A stretch of DNA of 64,000 bases from an uncultured virus (IMG/VR IMGVR_UViG_3300033149_004104) (lineage: Duplodnaviria > Heunggongvirae > Uroviricota > Caudoviricetes): positions 1 to 64,000 of IMG/VR virus record IMGVR_UViG_3300033149_004104; one strand, written 5' to 3'. The stretch's first letter is position 1. Every line of letters begins with the position of its first letter. The position numbers and the translations under genes were made by a program. The notes beneath the pieces were generated by a model. It saw only the letters and a list, made by a program, of their open reading frames with translations, had not been told where the DNA came from and did no database searches. Shown here piece by piece: positions 37,908-47,910 of this stretch.

Positions 37908-38468
37908 ATGAAAAACACACTTGAAAAATATGTAGAATTTGTACAAGAGCAAATTCAAAAGTATCACAGATACTCCCAACTTATAAATTATGATGCCGGG
38001 GAAATAAATCCTGAAGCAATTAATACAGCACTTGCTCAATATAATGACATATTACTTATGCTTATCTCAGAATACAATAGATTAAAAGCGGATGCGCATG
38101 ATGTTGAGGTTGAATATCAAATATGGTGGGATGATAAATTTACTTCTATGCGTAGGCAATTAAACCCACCGGATATTGTTGCCTCTAAATGGCTTTCTAA
38201 GAGTGAAATAGAATCAGAAACTCGAGCTCAGTATTCTAAAGAATATAGAGAATGGCAAGATAAATTATTTCAAGCACAACAGAAGAAAGCTTTTTTAGGA
38301 CAATTATTGGACTCATGGAAAAAAATGGATTCAATTCTTATCACAATTAGTACAAATCTAAGAGCAGAAATGCGTTCTCTATCACTTGATAATAGACTGA
38401 TGTATAAAAAAGAAGAATTAGCGAGCTCTTCCACTCCAATAAGACGGGAAAAAATCATTAAAAAATAA
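37908..38468 (+). CDS. Possible UvsY-like recombination mediator (all-helical)
   Basis: Helical pattern LSKSEIESE...FLGQLLDSW...ISTNLRAE resembles UvsY-type proteins. Confidence 0.4.
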   Translation: MKNTLEKYVEFVQEQIQKYHRYSQLINYDAGEINPEAINTALAQYNDILLMLISEYNRLKADAHDVEVEYQIWWDDKFTSMRRQLNPPDIVASKWLSKSEIESETRAQYSKEYREWQDKLFQAQQKKAFLGQLLDSWKKMDSILITISTNLRAEMRSLSLDNRLMYKKEELASSSTPIRREKIIKK

Positions 38469-38518
38469 TTGTAAACCTATTACTAATATACTATAGACAT
38501 TAGAAATAGGTTAGCTTA

Positions 38519-39037
38519 GTGGGGTATCAAGATAAAATTTCCTCTACATTTGCGCAATGGACTCGCAATATAAACGATTATAAAATCCAGCAAAGTGGAT
38601 TTGAAGGTCAAGTTATTCGTCTTAAGACAACAGCAAACATGTACGGGGACGAAACAGAGTGGGAAATAGTTTCTCATGACATTGTAACTGTTTCACTTTC
38701 TATTCCAGGTGAGATTCCTTTAACAAGATTGCGAAAGGACGTAACTGAAGAAGTTCCAGAAATTAAAAATGTTTTTCTTTACGATATATTGCCTATTACA
38801 GGCAGTTCACGTTTTGAAGATAATATAGAGAAAGATGATTTACTTATACATAAAATATATACTGAAAGGGAAAAAGATTCATACTATCTTGTACTTAAAG
38901 TATCTGAAATTCAAGGGAATATATCAATTAAGCAACTTATTAGAAAATCTTTTTCTTGTGCTCCATATAATGGATCCCTTCCACAAAAGGTACAAGATAT
39001 TATCGATAGTTATATAGAAGATGAGGATAAAATATAA
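38519..39037 (+). CDS. Putative head-completion / neck protein (gp14-like)
   Basis: TACTAATAT at 38481; NMYGDE motif; beta-rich. Confidence 0.45.
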   Translation: MGYQDKISSTFAQWTRNINDYKIQQSGFEGQVIRLKTTANMYGDETEWEIVSHDIVTVSLSIPGEIPLTRLRKDVTEEVPEIKNVFLYDILPITGSSRFEDNIEKDDLLIHKIYTEREKDSYYLVLKVSEIQGNISIKQLIRKSFSCAPYNGSLPQKVQDIIDSYIEDEDKI

Positions 39038-40452
39038 TGACTACAGGGGAAAAATTAAAAAAAAATTTAGGTCTTGAAAAATTAAAATATGTTAAAATAA
39101 GTAGGGCAGTTTTGTCTTCGTATAGAATTTTATTTGTTTGGTACGATAGTTACAGGCCTACAATGCCTATAACCAATCACAGAATAAAAAAGTTTCCGTG
39201 GATAGCTCATATTTTTCATGGAACCGACTTATACCACAATACAAATAAAATAACAGTTTTTACTCCAGCTATTAATATAGAGGATTATAATGGTGCTATT
39301 AGAGGGTCACTAATTATTCCTGTTAATCTAGCGGGGGATAGATTTATTAATAAGAAACAATTTACAAAAATTTTTGAAAGTAAATTGAATGAGAAGTTTG
39401 TTGATTATATCAAAAGCGTATTCAATAATAAAGAGTATACAATTTATGTAAACCCCACTGCTAAAGAAGTAAAAGAAATACATAAAGAAGACCCTGATAA
39501 TCCGGGAATGCGGGGCATATTCCTTTCAAATATTAATAAAGTATTCGTTGCTAATTCAAATTTGTTACATAAAAGTATAAAAAACTATTTAGAAAAGCTT
39601 TATTCTCCTCTTAATCTTAATGAATATGGATTATATTTCACAACTGATAGCAGAATAGAAACAATAATAATAGAATGTATAAGCGATGACGCATTTAAAG
39701 AATTTGTATCTAGTGATTTTTATAATAAATTTCTTTTAAATTATGAAATCGAGTTAAAAGAAGTGCTACTTGAGAAACAATCTATATTACTTGGAGAGAG
39801 GGCTTTAAAAGAATTTGTAACACTTAATGATTTAAAAAGTGTTGATACTATTAGTAATTTTACACAAGTATGGAGAAAAGATAGGAATCGAGTTATGGGC
39901 GCAGAGAATATAACTGCTAAACTTATTGATTGTGTTATAGATGAAGCTGATAGAAGTGTTACATTTCAATTTCTTACTGAAGCGACAGAATTGGGGAATA
40001 AAGAACCAAACGATAATATAAATAGCCCATACAGATTTTATCCGGGGCCTAAAGGGGAAGTTGATCCCGAGACTTTTAAAATAAAGCGTAATAGAAGCAG
40101 AACGTATGAAATACAAATTAAAATACTTGAATTTTTTGATTGGCTAGATGCATTTGAAGGTGAAAAAATAGGACGAAAAGAAATAAATGAAATTTTAGAA
40201 GTAAGTAATGTACAAATATTTAGTACAAGCCCATCTTTTCATTGGCAAGGGATGAATTATAATCTTTCTCAAATAGATGCAAGTATATATCCAACTGACA
40301 TTCCAAATTCAGTATGGGGGCCACGACATGGCGATCCTAGTGGATATTTTCTTGACAAACACACTTATGGATTACTAAGACAAATTTCATTTTTTGCACA
40401 ACAAATGGGAAGTATGTTAACTGGTAAACTTCAAAGAAGAGGGCTAATATAA
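39037..40452 (+). CDS. Hypothetical multi-domain late protein
   Basis: 471-aa ORF; C-terminal STSPSFHWQG...DKH domain. Confidence 0.65.
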   Translation: MTTGEKLKKNLGLEKLKYVKISRAVLSSYRILFVWYDSYRPTMPITNHRIKKFPWIAHIFHGTDLYHNTNKITVFTPAINIEDYNGAIRGSLIIPVNLAGDRFINKKQFTKIFESKLNEKFVDYIKSVFNNKEYTIYVNPTAKEVKEIHKEDPDNPGMRGIFLSNINKVFVANSNLLHKSIKNYLEKLYSPLNLNEYGLYFTTDSRIETIIIECISDDAFKEFVSSDFYNKFLLNYEIELKEVLLEKQSILLGERALKEFVTLNDLKSVDTISNFTQVWRKDRNRVMGAENITAKLIDCVIDEADRSVTFQFLTEATELGNKEPNDNINSPYRFYPGPKGEVDPETFKIKRNRSRTYEIQIKILEFFDWLDAFEGEKIGRKEINEILEVSNVQIFSTSPSFHWQGMNYNLSQIDASIYPTDIPNSVWGPRHGDPSGYFLDKHTYGLLRQISFFAQQMGSMLTGKLQRRGLI

Positions 40453-40527
40453 TATTTTAAGATTTTTTTACTAAAATATCATAGGAATATAATATTTAAA
40501 ATTGTTATAATAGAGAGGATAAGAATA

Positions 40528-41103
40528 ATGATCAATATTATAAGAGAAATTAGATTTAGCAAATACTTTCCTTTTGTGGTTAATAAAGATTCGTTGAAAC
40601 ATTTTCAAGCAAATTTTAAACTAGATCCGTCTATTGTACAGATACAAAATGACGAAGGCGAATGGGTGAGCTTAGATACTATAATAGATAAAGAAAAAGG
40701 GCTGAAATATACTGTAGATATTAAAAAGGTGTCTGGAGGCAAACGAGTACCGGTTAATCGAGGTAATATTATAGACGAGATAAAAGTTTTTGTACATGTA
40801 GTTACTTTTTCAAATGATTTTACAACTATGAGGAATTTAAAAGGCAATTTTGGCATTATGGTTTTTTCAACTGTTGCCAGAATTTTAATAGAGTTTCAAA
40901 AGAGGTATTCAACGCAATTTCAATGTTTTACATTTACTCCAGCACATCCTAAATTAGAAGGTGTTTATGAAATATTAGCTAGAGAATCCGAAAAACAAGG
41001 AGACCTGGTATATATAAATAGTAATATTGGAAGATCATCAAAAAAATGGTATTTATTAAATAAGAAACTTTGGAAAAAATATACACAAATTAAAGGAGTT
41101 TAA
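40528..41103 (+). CDS. Hypothetical protein
   Basis: 191-aa ORF, GAGGA RBS, MINIIRE leader. Confidence 0.65.
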   Translation: MINIIREIRFSKYFPFVVNKDSLKHFQANFKLDPSIVQIQNDEGEWVSLDTIIDKEKGLKYTVDIKKVSGGKRVPVNRGNIIDEIKVFVHVVTFSNDFTTMRNLKGNFGIMVFSTVARILIEFQKRYSTQFQCFTFTPAHPKLEGVYEILARESEKQGDLVYINSNIGRSSKKWYLLNKKLWKKYTQIKGV

Positions 41104-41105
41104 TT

Positions 41106-42659
41106 ATGAGATTTATAACACGAGAGATAAGATCTCTAGCGAAGATTCATCCTAGAAGGATTGATGAAGCTTTTCAAGTTCATTCGTTAAAAAAAGCAGC
41201 TAAGAATATATTCAGTTATCTAGGTAAAAAGGTAGGTTGGCGAGAACTTGTTGGTATATCTGAAGATATAATGGTTCCAACATATTATTCGTTAACAGGT
41301 ATAGGTAATTTTGTAGGATTTGAAGCATATCTTACTTCTGGTGGAAAAATAAGATTGGATTTTTCTATTAAAGATGGATCAGGAAAAGTATATTCAGTAT
41401 CGTGGTTTGAAAAACCTGCTAGAAAAGCAACTAAATATATTAAAATTCCCCCGCAATTTAACATAGTTGAAGTGTTAGATCATGTAATTGTCGCATTAAC
41501 TGGTGAATATAGTCAATTGTTTTCAGAATCTATTTCTTTCAGAGAAAGAGTTAGAAAATTTGATTTTGTAAGAGAGTGGTTGACGAACACTCCAGATAAA
41601 GGACGAATCTATAGTGAAATTAAGAGAAGAGGAACCGATTGGGACGGTTTATTAGTTCAATATTATGAATATCACGAGTCTAAAGGGCAACCGCGTTCTA
41701 AAGTGAGCTTAAATAAAGTAACTTTTCAAGTTTATTGTAGTAAAATTTTCAAGGAGGAGGGGCAAGAAAATTTAAGTAATAGTATACCTCATGTAAATGT
41801 TTCGGCTGGGGTAGAAGAACAAGCGGTTAGTAGCGATGTTGAGTCAGAAAACCTATTCCAAAATGAGCTTTTAGAAAATGAGCATATTGAAAAATTTGAG
41901 TATTTAAAATTTCAATTATATAATATTAAAAACGGGGATCCGAATACGTTATCTTTATATATTTATGGGAGAGGTGGAATTGGAAAAAGCTACTGGGCAA
42001 AAAAGATATTAGGCGATTTACCCAATACTTATTATACTAAAGGCAAGATAAAAGGATATCAAGGCCTTCTTCAATTGCTCTACGATCATAAAGATAATGA
42101 AATATTGATATTAGATGATATAATTAGCAAAGAGGATATGAAAAATACCACAATTGAAAACATTTTAAAAGCTGTACTAGATCCAGAACCTCCTAGACGA
42201 GTAAAAGTTGAAAGAAGGATACCTAGTTCAGAAATAAGTTCTGCAGAAGCTCCGATATCAGGTGAAGAGGACATAGTTGATTTTACATCTGAACAAGGAA
42301 TAATTGTTGAAGATAATTTATATAATTTTGAATTTAATTCAAGAGTAGTTTTTATTACAAATTATCCTGAAAAACCGCAAGCCTTTGGTGACCGTGTTTT
42401 AAGTATATCTATGTTATTTTCTGATACGCAAGTGGCCGATATTATAAAAAACGTTTTGGATAAAATTGAACCCGTAGATGTAGGAATAGAGAATAAACAA
42501 TTTATTCTAAATTGGTTGCAAGAAAGATATAGAGGAAGACGTAAATTACAACAATTGAGTTTTCGTGTTTTTCAAAAGGTGTTGAGCATATATATGGGTG
42601 CTAAACATCTGGGTGGGAATAAATGGCAGAAATGGGCTTTTTATGAATTAGCTTCATAA
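41106..42659 (+). CDS. Protein with C-terminal AAA-type ATPase domain
   Basis: YGRGGIGKS Walker A, ILILDD Walker B, VVFITN sensor, DR finger. Confidence 0.75.
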   Translation: MRFITREIRSLAKIHPRRIDEAFQVHSLKKAAKNIFSYLGKKVGWRELVGISEDIMVPTYYSLTGIGNFVGFEAYLTSGGKIRLDFSIKDGSGKVYSVSWFEKPARKATKYIKIPPQFNIVEVLDHVIVALTGEYSQLFSESISFRERVRKFDFVREWLTNTPDKGRIYSEIKRRGTDWDGLLVQYYEYHESKGQPRSKVSLNKVTFQVYCSKIFKEEGQENLSNSIPHVNVSAGVEEQAVSSDVESENLFQNELLENEHIEKFEYLKFQLYNIKNGDPNTLSLYIYGRGGIGKSYWAKKILGDLPNTYYTKGKIKGYQGLLQLLYDHKDNEILILDDIISKEDMKNTTIENILKAVLDPEPPRRVKVERRIPSSEISSAEAPISGEEDIVDFTSEQGIIVEDNLYNFEFNSRVVFITNYPEKPQAFGDRVLSISMLFSDTQVADIIKNVLDKIEPVDVGIENKQFILNWLQERYRGRRKLQQLSFRVFQKVLSIYMGAKHLGGNKWQKWAFYELAS

Positions 42660-42676
42660 AATCAAAGAGAAAAAAA

Positions 42677-43030
42677 GTGAAAAGAAAATTAGAAATTTAT
42701 ATGTATAGTAACAACTGGGTTTTTGATGAACCAGGGGTTTGTGAAAAAGAACCGTTTGTTATGGGCAGTTCAGAAATTATAACAAATGTAGCAAAGAAAA
42801 AAGGTATTAAAAATTTACGAGAGAAAGTTTTGTTACTTATATTTAGCGATTCTCCTTTTCAAGGGGCAGATTGTAAATTATTTTGGGATGGTGAATCTTT
42901 AAATGGTAATTGGTATGTCAACTCTGAAACAAATGAAAAAGGATGGCTATGTCCGGTGTTATTATATTATTTTAATAAAGCACCAGAGAATATTTATTTT
43001 TCTGTAGAAGAAAAAATAAATTGTTATTAG
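42677..43030 (+). CDS. Conserved hypothetical protein (DUF6717-like)
   Basis: WVFDE..KEPFVMG, GNWY, GWLCPVLLYYF..APENIY. Confidence 0.55.
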   Translation: MKRKLEIYMYSNNWVFDEPGVCEKEPFVMGSSEIITNVAKKKGIKNLREKVLLLIFSDSPFQGADCKLFWDGESLNGNWYVNSETNEKGWLCPVLLYYFNKAPENIYFSVEEKINCY

Positions 43031-43049
43031 CAAACAAGGGGATTGATTG

Positions 43050-44522
43050 ATGATCATTATAAGAAAATTAAATGAATATTTATCAGGATTTGATTATCGT
43101 CTTCCTGATGACCCCGAATTGATTTTATACGATTTCTATTTCTTAACTACTTACGGGAACGATATAGAAACAAATATGCCTGAGGCGGACTTCGCAATAA
43201 AGGAGGCTTCTGATAAAATTGTAGAGAGTCTTCATGCCCACATGTTAAAGGCAGTAAAATATGCGCTATGTAGTGAAATTAGACATATTTTCGATGGATT
43301 AAGAGATATTGAATCTCTTGAAGAATTAGCAAAAATGGATAAAAAAATAAATAGATTTGTTAATTCATATTCTAGAAATTATGAATTAAGTACTGGTATT
43401 GATCTTACGAATCGAGAACTTCGAGGTGTACTTACAAAAGAAACAGAATCAAGCAGACTAGCCTCTTATGAAGCTATTATTGAAACACAAAAAGAATTAA
43501 ATATGACAAATATGGAATTGGCTAAAATTTTTAGTAGCCTGTTTTTAGAATTAGATTGGAAACGTGATTACGGGGGAAGAGCTTGGGATATGATAGTTGA
43601 TGGATATAAAATGCTTCTGAAAGCTAAGAGGAAAAATGAAAAAATCATTGCCATCGATCACACTTATGATTTACAGCATAATACTGATACGGTTTTTAAT
43701 AAACTGCAGATATACTATAAAGATAGCTCTGGATATGGGTGGATTAGAAGAGCGTTAAATTGGAAAAAGGATGTAGAAGATATTCGTTTTTTTTATGAAA
43801 AAGTATCACCTCAACTACGGAGAATAGTAGCTTTTATAGCGTATAATGTGTACGGACTTACAATGGAAGATAAATCTTATCAGCATAGAGTTTGGACAGG
43901 CGGAATTTGGGCGGGGGGAACTTGGAATGATGGAATTTGGAAAAATGGGATTTGGAAAGATGGAACTTGGAATGACGGGGCTTGGATTAACGGAACCTGG
44001 GAGAAAGGAGCCTGGAGAAATGGAATTTGGAAAAATGGAATATGGCAAAATGGAACCTGGGAGCTTGGAACCTGGGAAAATGGTACTTGGGAATATGGAA
44101 TTTGGGAAAACGGTACTTGGAAATATGGAACTTGGTTTTACGGAACTTGGAAAAATGGAACTTGGGAAGACGGGGAATGGAAAGATGGGGTCTGGGAATA
44201 TGGAGTTTGGAAAAATGGAGTTTGGAAGTATGGAACTTGGTATAATGGAACCTGGGAAAACGGGACTCGAGAAAGTGGAACATGGCTAGAAGGGGTTTGG
44301 AAAAATGGAGTTTGGGAAGATGGTACTTGGTTGTATGGAGTTTGGAAAGATGGGGTTTGGAATGATGGAATCTGGGAAAATGGGATTTGGGAAGATGGAA
44401 TTTGGAGAAACGGAGCTTGGGAGGGTGGCAAAATATGGAATCCTAAAACAAGAGAATATGAATATAGTAATAAAAACCCATACAAGTGTGAATGGAGTTT
44501 AAGCTATAGAAAAGAGCGATAA
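43050..44522 (+). CDS. GxWxx-repeat protein, family B
   Basis: N-domain DPELILYDFYFL...YGGRAW...IDHTYDLQHNT..VFNK; repeats; C-tag KNPYKCEWSLSY. Confidence 0.85.
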   Translation: MIIIRKLNEYLSGFDYRLPDDPELILYDFYFLTTYGNDIETNMPEADFAIKEASDKIVESLHAHMLKAVKYALCSEIRHIFDGLRDIESLEELAKMDKKINRFVNSYSRNYELSTGIDLTNRELRGVLTKETESSRLASYEAIIETQKELNMTNMELAKIFSSLFLELDWKRDYGGRAWDMIVDGYKMLLKAKRKNEKIIAIDHTYDLQHNTDTVFNKLQIYYKDSSGYGWIRRALNWKKDVEDIRFFYEKVSPQLRRIVAFIAYNVYGLTMEDKSYQHRVWTGGIWAGGTWNDGIWKNGIWKDGTWNDGAWINGTWEKGAWRNGIWKNGIWQNGTWELGTWENGTWEYGIWENGTWKYGTWFYGTWKNGTWEDGEWKDGVWEYGVWKNGVWKYGTWYNGTWENGTRESGTWLEGVWKNGVWEDGTWLYGVWKDGVWNDGIWENGIWEDGIWRNGAWEGGKIWNPKTREYEYSNKNPYKCEWSLSYRKER

Positions 44523-44540
44523 AACAAAGGTCTGTCAGCA

Positions 44541-46091
44541 ATGATTAAAATAATTCGAGTAAAGCCAAAAATAAAAGAAATCTTCTCAAACTTTGTATAC
44601 AGAATGCCTGATGATCCTGAGTTGATTTTATACGATTTTTATTTCTTAACTACTTACGGAAAAAATATAGAAACAAACATGCCCGAAGCAGATTTTGCGA
44701 TAAACGAAGCGGTCGAACAGATTATTGAAAATCTTCATGCACACATGTTAAAGGCTGTAAAATATGCTCTATGCGCTGAGATTCGTCATATTTTTGATTC
44801 TACAGCAGCTGAATCATTAAAGCAATTAGTTGAAAAAAACAAGAACATTGGAACCTTTATCAAGACATATTATAAAAAATATATCACTTTTACAGAAATA
44901 AGTAGAACACCGCTTGATTTCTTACTTGATGATAGATCGGGGGAGGCTGACAGATTAAGAAACGTTCTTTCTAAAGAGACAGATTCAAAAAGAAAAAGCT
45001 CATACAGGGCAGTTACAGAGACACAAAAAGATTTAAAGATAACAAACTCTGAACTGTCAAAAATATTTGAATACGTATTCTTAAAGCTTGTTTGGCAACC
45101 ACAATTCGGAGGCCCAGCATGGGCCGATATTGCCAAAGCTTATTATAGACTTCTAAGGGCTAAGAGGAAAAACGAAAAAATCATTGCCATTGACCATGCC
45201 TATGATTTACAGCATAACACCGATACGGTTTTTAATAAGTTGCAGATATACTATAAAGATGGTTATAGTTGGATTAAAGATGCTTTGGATTGGAAAAGAG
45301 ATGTAAAGGATATTCGATCTTTTTACAATAAAGTTTCTCCTCAATTAAGGAGAATAGTAGCCTTCATAGCATACAATGTATATGGGCTTACAATGGAGGG
45401 AGGAACTCCTCGTTCAGTTGATCAAGATAAAATCTGGACGAGGGGGCTCTGGAAGGGGGGAACCTGGACAGGAGAAATTTGGAAATATGGAATTTGGGAG
45501 AAAGGAACTTGGAAAGGCGGGACTTGGAAAGATGGAATTTGGAAAGACGGAACTTGGGAAGATGGAATTTGGAAAGACGGAATTTGGAAAAATGGAACTT
45601 GGAAAAATGGAACTTGGAAGGGTGGAACTTGGGAAAGTGGAAGTTGGAGAAATGGAATTTGGGAAGATGGGATTTGGAAAGAAGGTGATTGGGAAAATGG
45701 AACTTGGAAAGATGGATTCTGGATGTACGGATATTGGAAAAATGGTACCTGGAAGAGCGGAACTTGGAAAGATGGGATTTGGAAAAGTGGAACCTGGAAA
45801 AATGGAACTTGGAGATATGGAACTTGGAAAAGTGGAACTTGGAAAAATGGAACCTGGAGGGATGGGATCTGGGAAAATGGAACTTGGGAAGATGGAACTT
45901 GGTTTAAAGGGGTTTGGAAAAATGGAACTTGGAAAAATGGAACTTGGGAAAATGGATTTTGGAAAGATGGGGTTTGGGAAGGCGGAATATGGAAGAGTGG
46001 GGAGATATGGAATCCGGAGACAGATGAATATGAATATAGTGATAGAAATCCATACGAATGTGAATGGAGTTTAAGTTATAGAAAAGGATAA
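44541..46091 (+). CDS. GxWxx-repeat protein, family B
   Basis: Paralog of 43050. Confidence 0.85.
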   Translation: MIKIIRVKPKIKEIFSNFVYRMPDDPELILYDFYFLTTYGKNIETNMPEADFAINEAVEQIIENLHAHMLKAVKYALCAEIRHIFDSTAAESLKQLVEKNKNIGTFIKTYYKKYITFTEISRTPLDFLLDDRSGEADRLRNVLSKETDSKRKSSYRAVTETQKDLKITNSELSKIFEYVFLKLVWQPQFGGPAWADIAKAYYRLLRAKRKNEKIIAIDHAYDLQHNTDTVFNKLQIYYKDGYSWIKDALDWKRDVKDIRSFYNKVSPQLRRIVAFIAYNVYGLTMEGGTPRSVDQDKIWTRGLWKGGTWTGEIWKYGIWEKGTWKGGTWKDGIWKDGTWEDGIWKDGIWKNGTWKNGTWKGGTWESGSWRNGIWEDGIWKEGDWENGTWKDGFWMYGYWKNGTWKSGTWKDGIWKSGTWKNGTWRYGTWKSGTWKNGTWRDGIWENGTWEDGTWFKGVWKNGTWKNGTWENGFWKDGVWEGGIWKSGEIWNPETDEYEYSDRNPYECEWSLSYRKG

Positions 46092-46128
46092 TTATTATTA
46101 GAAAGTTATAAAAAGGGAAGTAATAATA

Positions 46129-47892
46129 ATGATTAAAATAGTTCGAGTAAAACCGAAAATAAAAGAAATTTTCTCAAACTTTGTATATAGGATGCCTAAA
46201 GATCCCGAGTTAATTCTGTACGATTTTTATTTTTTGACTACTTACGGGAAAGATATAGAAACAAATATGCCTGAGGCTGACTTTGCAATAAAGGAGGCTT
46301 CTGATGAAATTGTAGAATCCCTTCATACCCACATGCTAAAGGCAGTAAAATATGCCCTGTGTGCCGAGATTCGTCATATTTTTGATGCTATAGCAACCGA
46401 ATCATTGAAACGATTGGTTGGGGAAAACAAGAATATAGGGGCATTTATTAAAGTGTACTATAGAAAATATCTTGCCTTTATAGAAATAGGTAAAGTACCG
46501 CTTGACTTTTTACTCGATGATAGATCGGAGGAGGCTGGCAGATTAAGAAACGTTCTCTCTAAAGAAACTGATTTGAAAAGGAAAAGCTCATATAGAGCGA
46601 TTGCAGAAACGCAAAAAGAGTTGAAGATAACAAATTCGGAACTGTCAAAAATATTTGAATATTTATTCTTAAATCTTATTTGGTATTCACAATTCGGAGG
46701 TTTTGCATGGGCCGATATTGCCGAAGCTTATTATAGACTTTTAAAGGCTAAGAGGAAAAATGAAAAAATCATTGCTATAGATCATGCCTATGATTTGCAA
46801 CACAATACCGATATAGTTTTCAATAAATTACGGCTATATTACAAAGATGGTTATAGTTGGATTAAAAGAGCACTGGATTGGAAAAAGAATGTGAAGGATA
46901 TTCGATCTTTTTACAAAAAAGTTTCTCCTCAATTAAAGAGAATAGTAGCCTTCATAGCATACAATGTATACGGGCTTACAATGGAGGGGGGAACTCCTCG
47001 TTCAGTTGATCAAGATAGAATCCGGACAGGAAGATCCTGGGAGGGAGGAACCTGGACAGGGGGAATCTGGGAAAACGGGACTTGGGAAAAAGGAACCTGG
47101 GAAAACGGAACCTGGAAAAACGGAACTTGGAAACTTGGAATCTGGGAACTTGGGACTTGGGAAAATGGAACTTGGGAGTCTGGGACTTGGGAATATGGAA
47201 CCTGGAAAAATGGAGTCTGGAAAGACGGAGATTGGGAAGATGGAATTTGGAAGGGAGGAATTTGGGAATATGGAACTTGGATGAGTGGAGTCTGGAAATT
47301 TGGAACTTGGAAAGACGGAACATGGGAAAATGGGGTTTGGGAAAAAGGAATTTGGGAAAAAGGAACTTGGAAAAGTGGAGCTTGGAAGAACGGGGTTTGG
47401 AAAAATGGAACTTGGAAAGATGGAAGATGGGAAGATGGAATCTGGAAAGATGGAACTTGGGAAGACGGGGTTTGGAAAAATGGAACTTGGGAAAATGGGA
47501 CTTGGGAAAATGGAATTTGGTTAGAAGGGATCTGGAAAAATGGAACTTGGAAAAACGGAACTTGGGAATATGGATTCTGGAAAAATGGGGTTTGGAAAGA
47601 TGGAACTTGGGAAGATGGAACATGGGGAGAGGGGGTCTGGAAAGAAGGAATTTGGAAGGGAGGAATTTGGGAATACGGAACTTGGAATAATGGAATTTGG
47701 AAATTCGGAACCTGGAATAATGGAATTTGGAATAATGGGATTTGGGAAGATGGAGTGTGGAAAGATGGGGTTTGGAAAGATGGAGCATGGAAAGGTGGGG
47801 AAATATGGAATCCAAAGACAAATGAATATGAATATAGTAATAAAAACCCATACGAATGTGAGTGGGGTTTAAGTTATAGAAAAGAGCAATAA
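46129..47892 (+). CDS. GxWxx-repeat protein, family B
   Basis: Paralog; about 50 repeats. Confidence 0.85.
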   Translation: MIKIVRVKPKIKEIFSNFVYRMPKDPELILYDFYFLTTYGKDIETNMPEADFAIKEASDEIVESLHTHMLKAVKYALCAEIRHIFDAIATESLKRLVGENKNIGAFIKVYYRKYLAFIEIGKVPLDFLLDDRSEEAGRLRNVLSKETDLKRKSSYRAIAETQKELKITNSELSKIFEYLFLNLIWYSQFGGFAWADIAEAYYRLLKAKRKNEKIIAIDHAYDLQHNTDIVFNKLRLYYKDGYSWIKRALDWKKNVKDIRSFYKKVSPQLKRIVAFIAYNVYGLTMEGGTPRSVDQDRIRTGRSWEGGTWTGGIWENGTWEKGTWENGTWKNGTWKLGIWELGTWENGTWESGTWEYGTWKNGVWKDGDWEDGIWKGGIWEYGTWMSGVWKFGTWKDGTWENGVWEKGIWEKGTWKSGAWKNGVWKNGTWKDGRWEDGIWKDGTWEDGVWKNGTWENGTWENGIWLEGIWKNGTWKNGTWEYGFWKNGVWKDGTWEDGTWGEGVWKEGIWKGGIWEYGTWNNGIWKFGTWNNGIWNNGIWEDGVWKDGVWKDGAWKGGEIWNPKTNEYEYSNKNPYECEWGLSYRKEQ

Positions 47893-47910
47893 AATAAGGA
47901 GCTATCAGCA

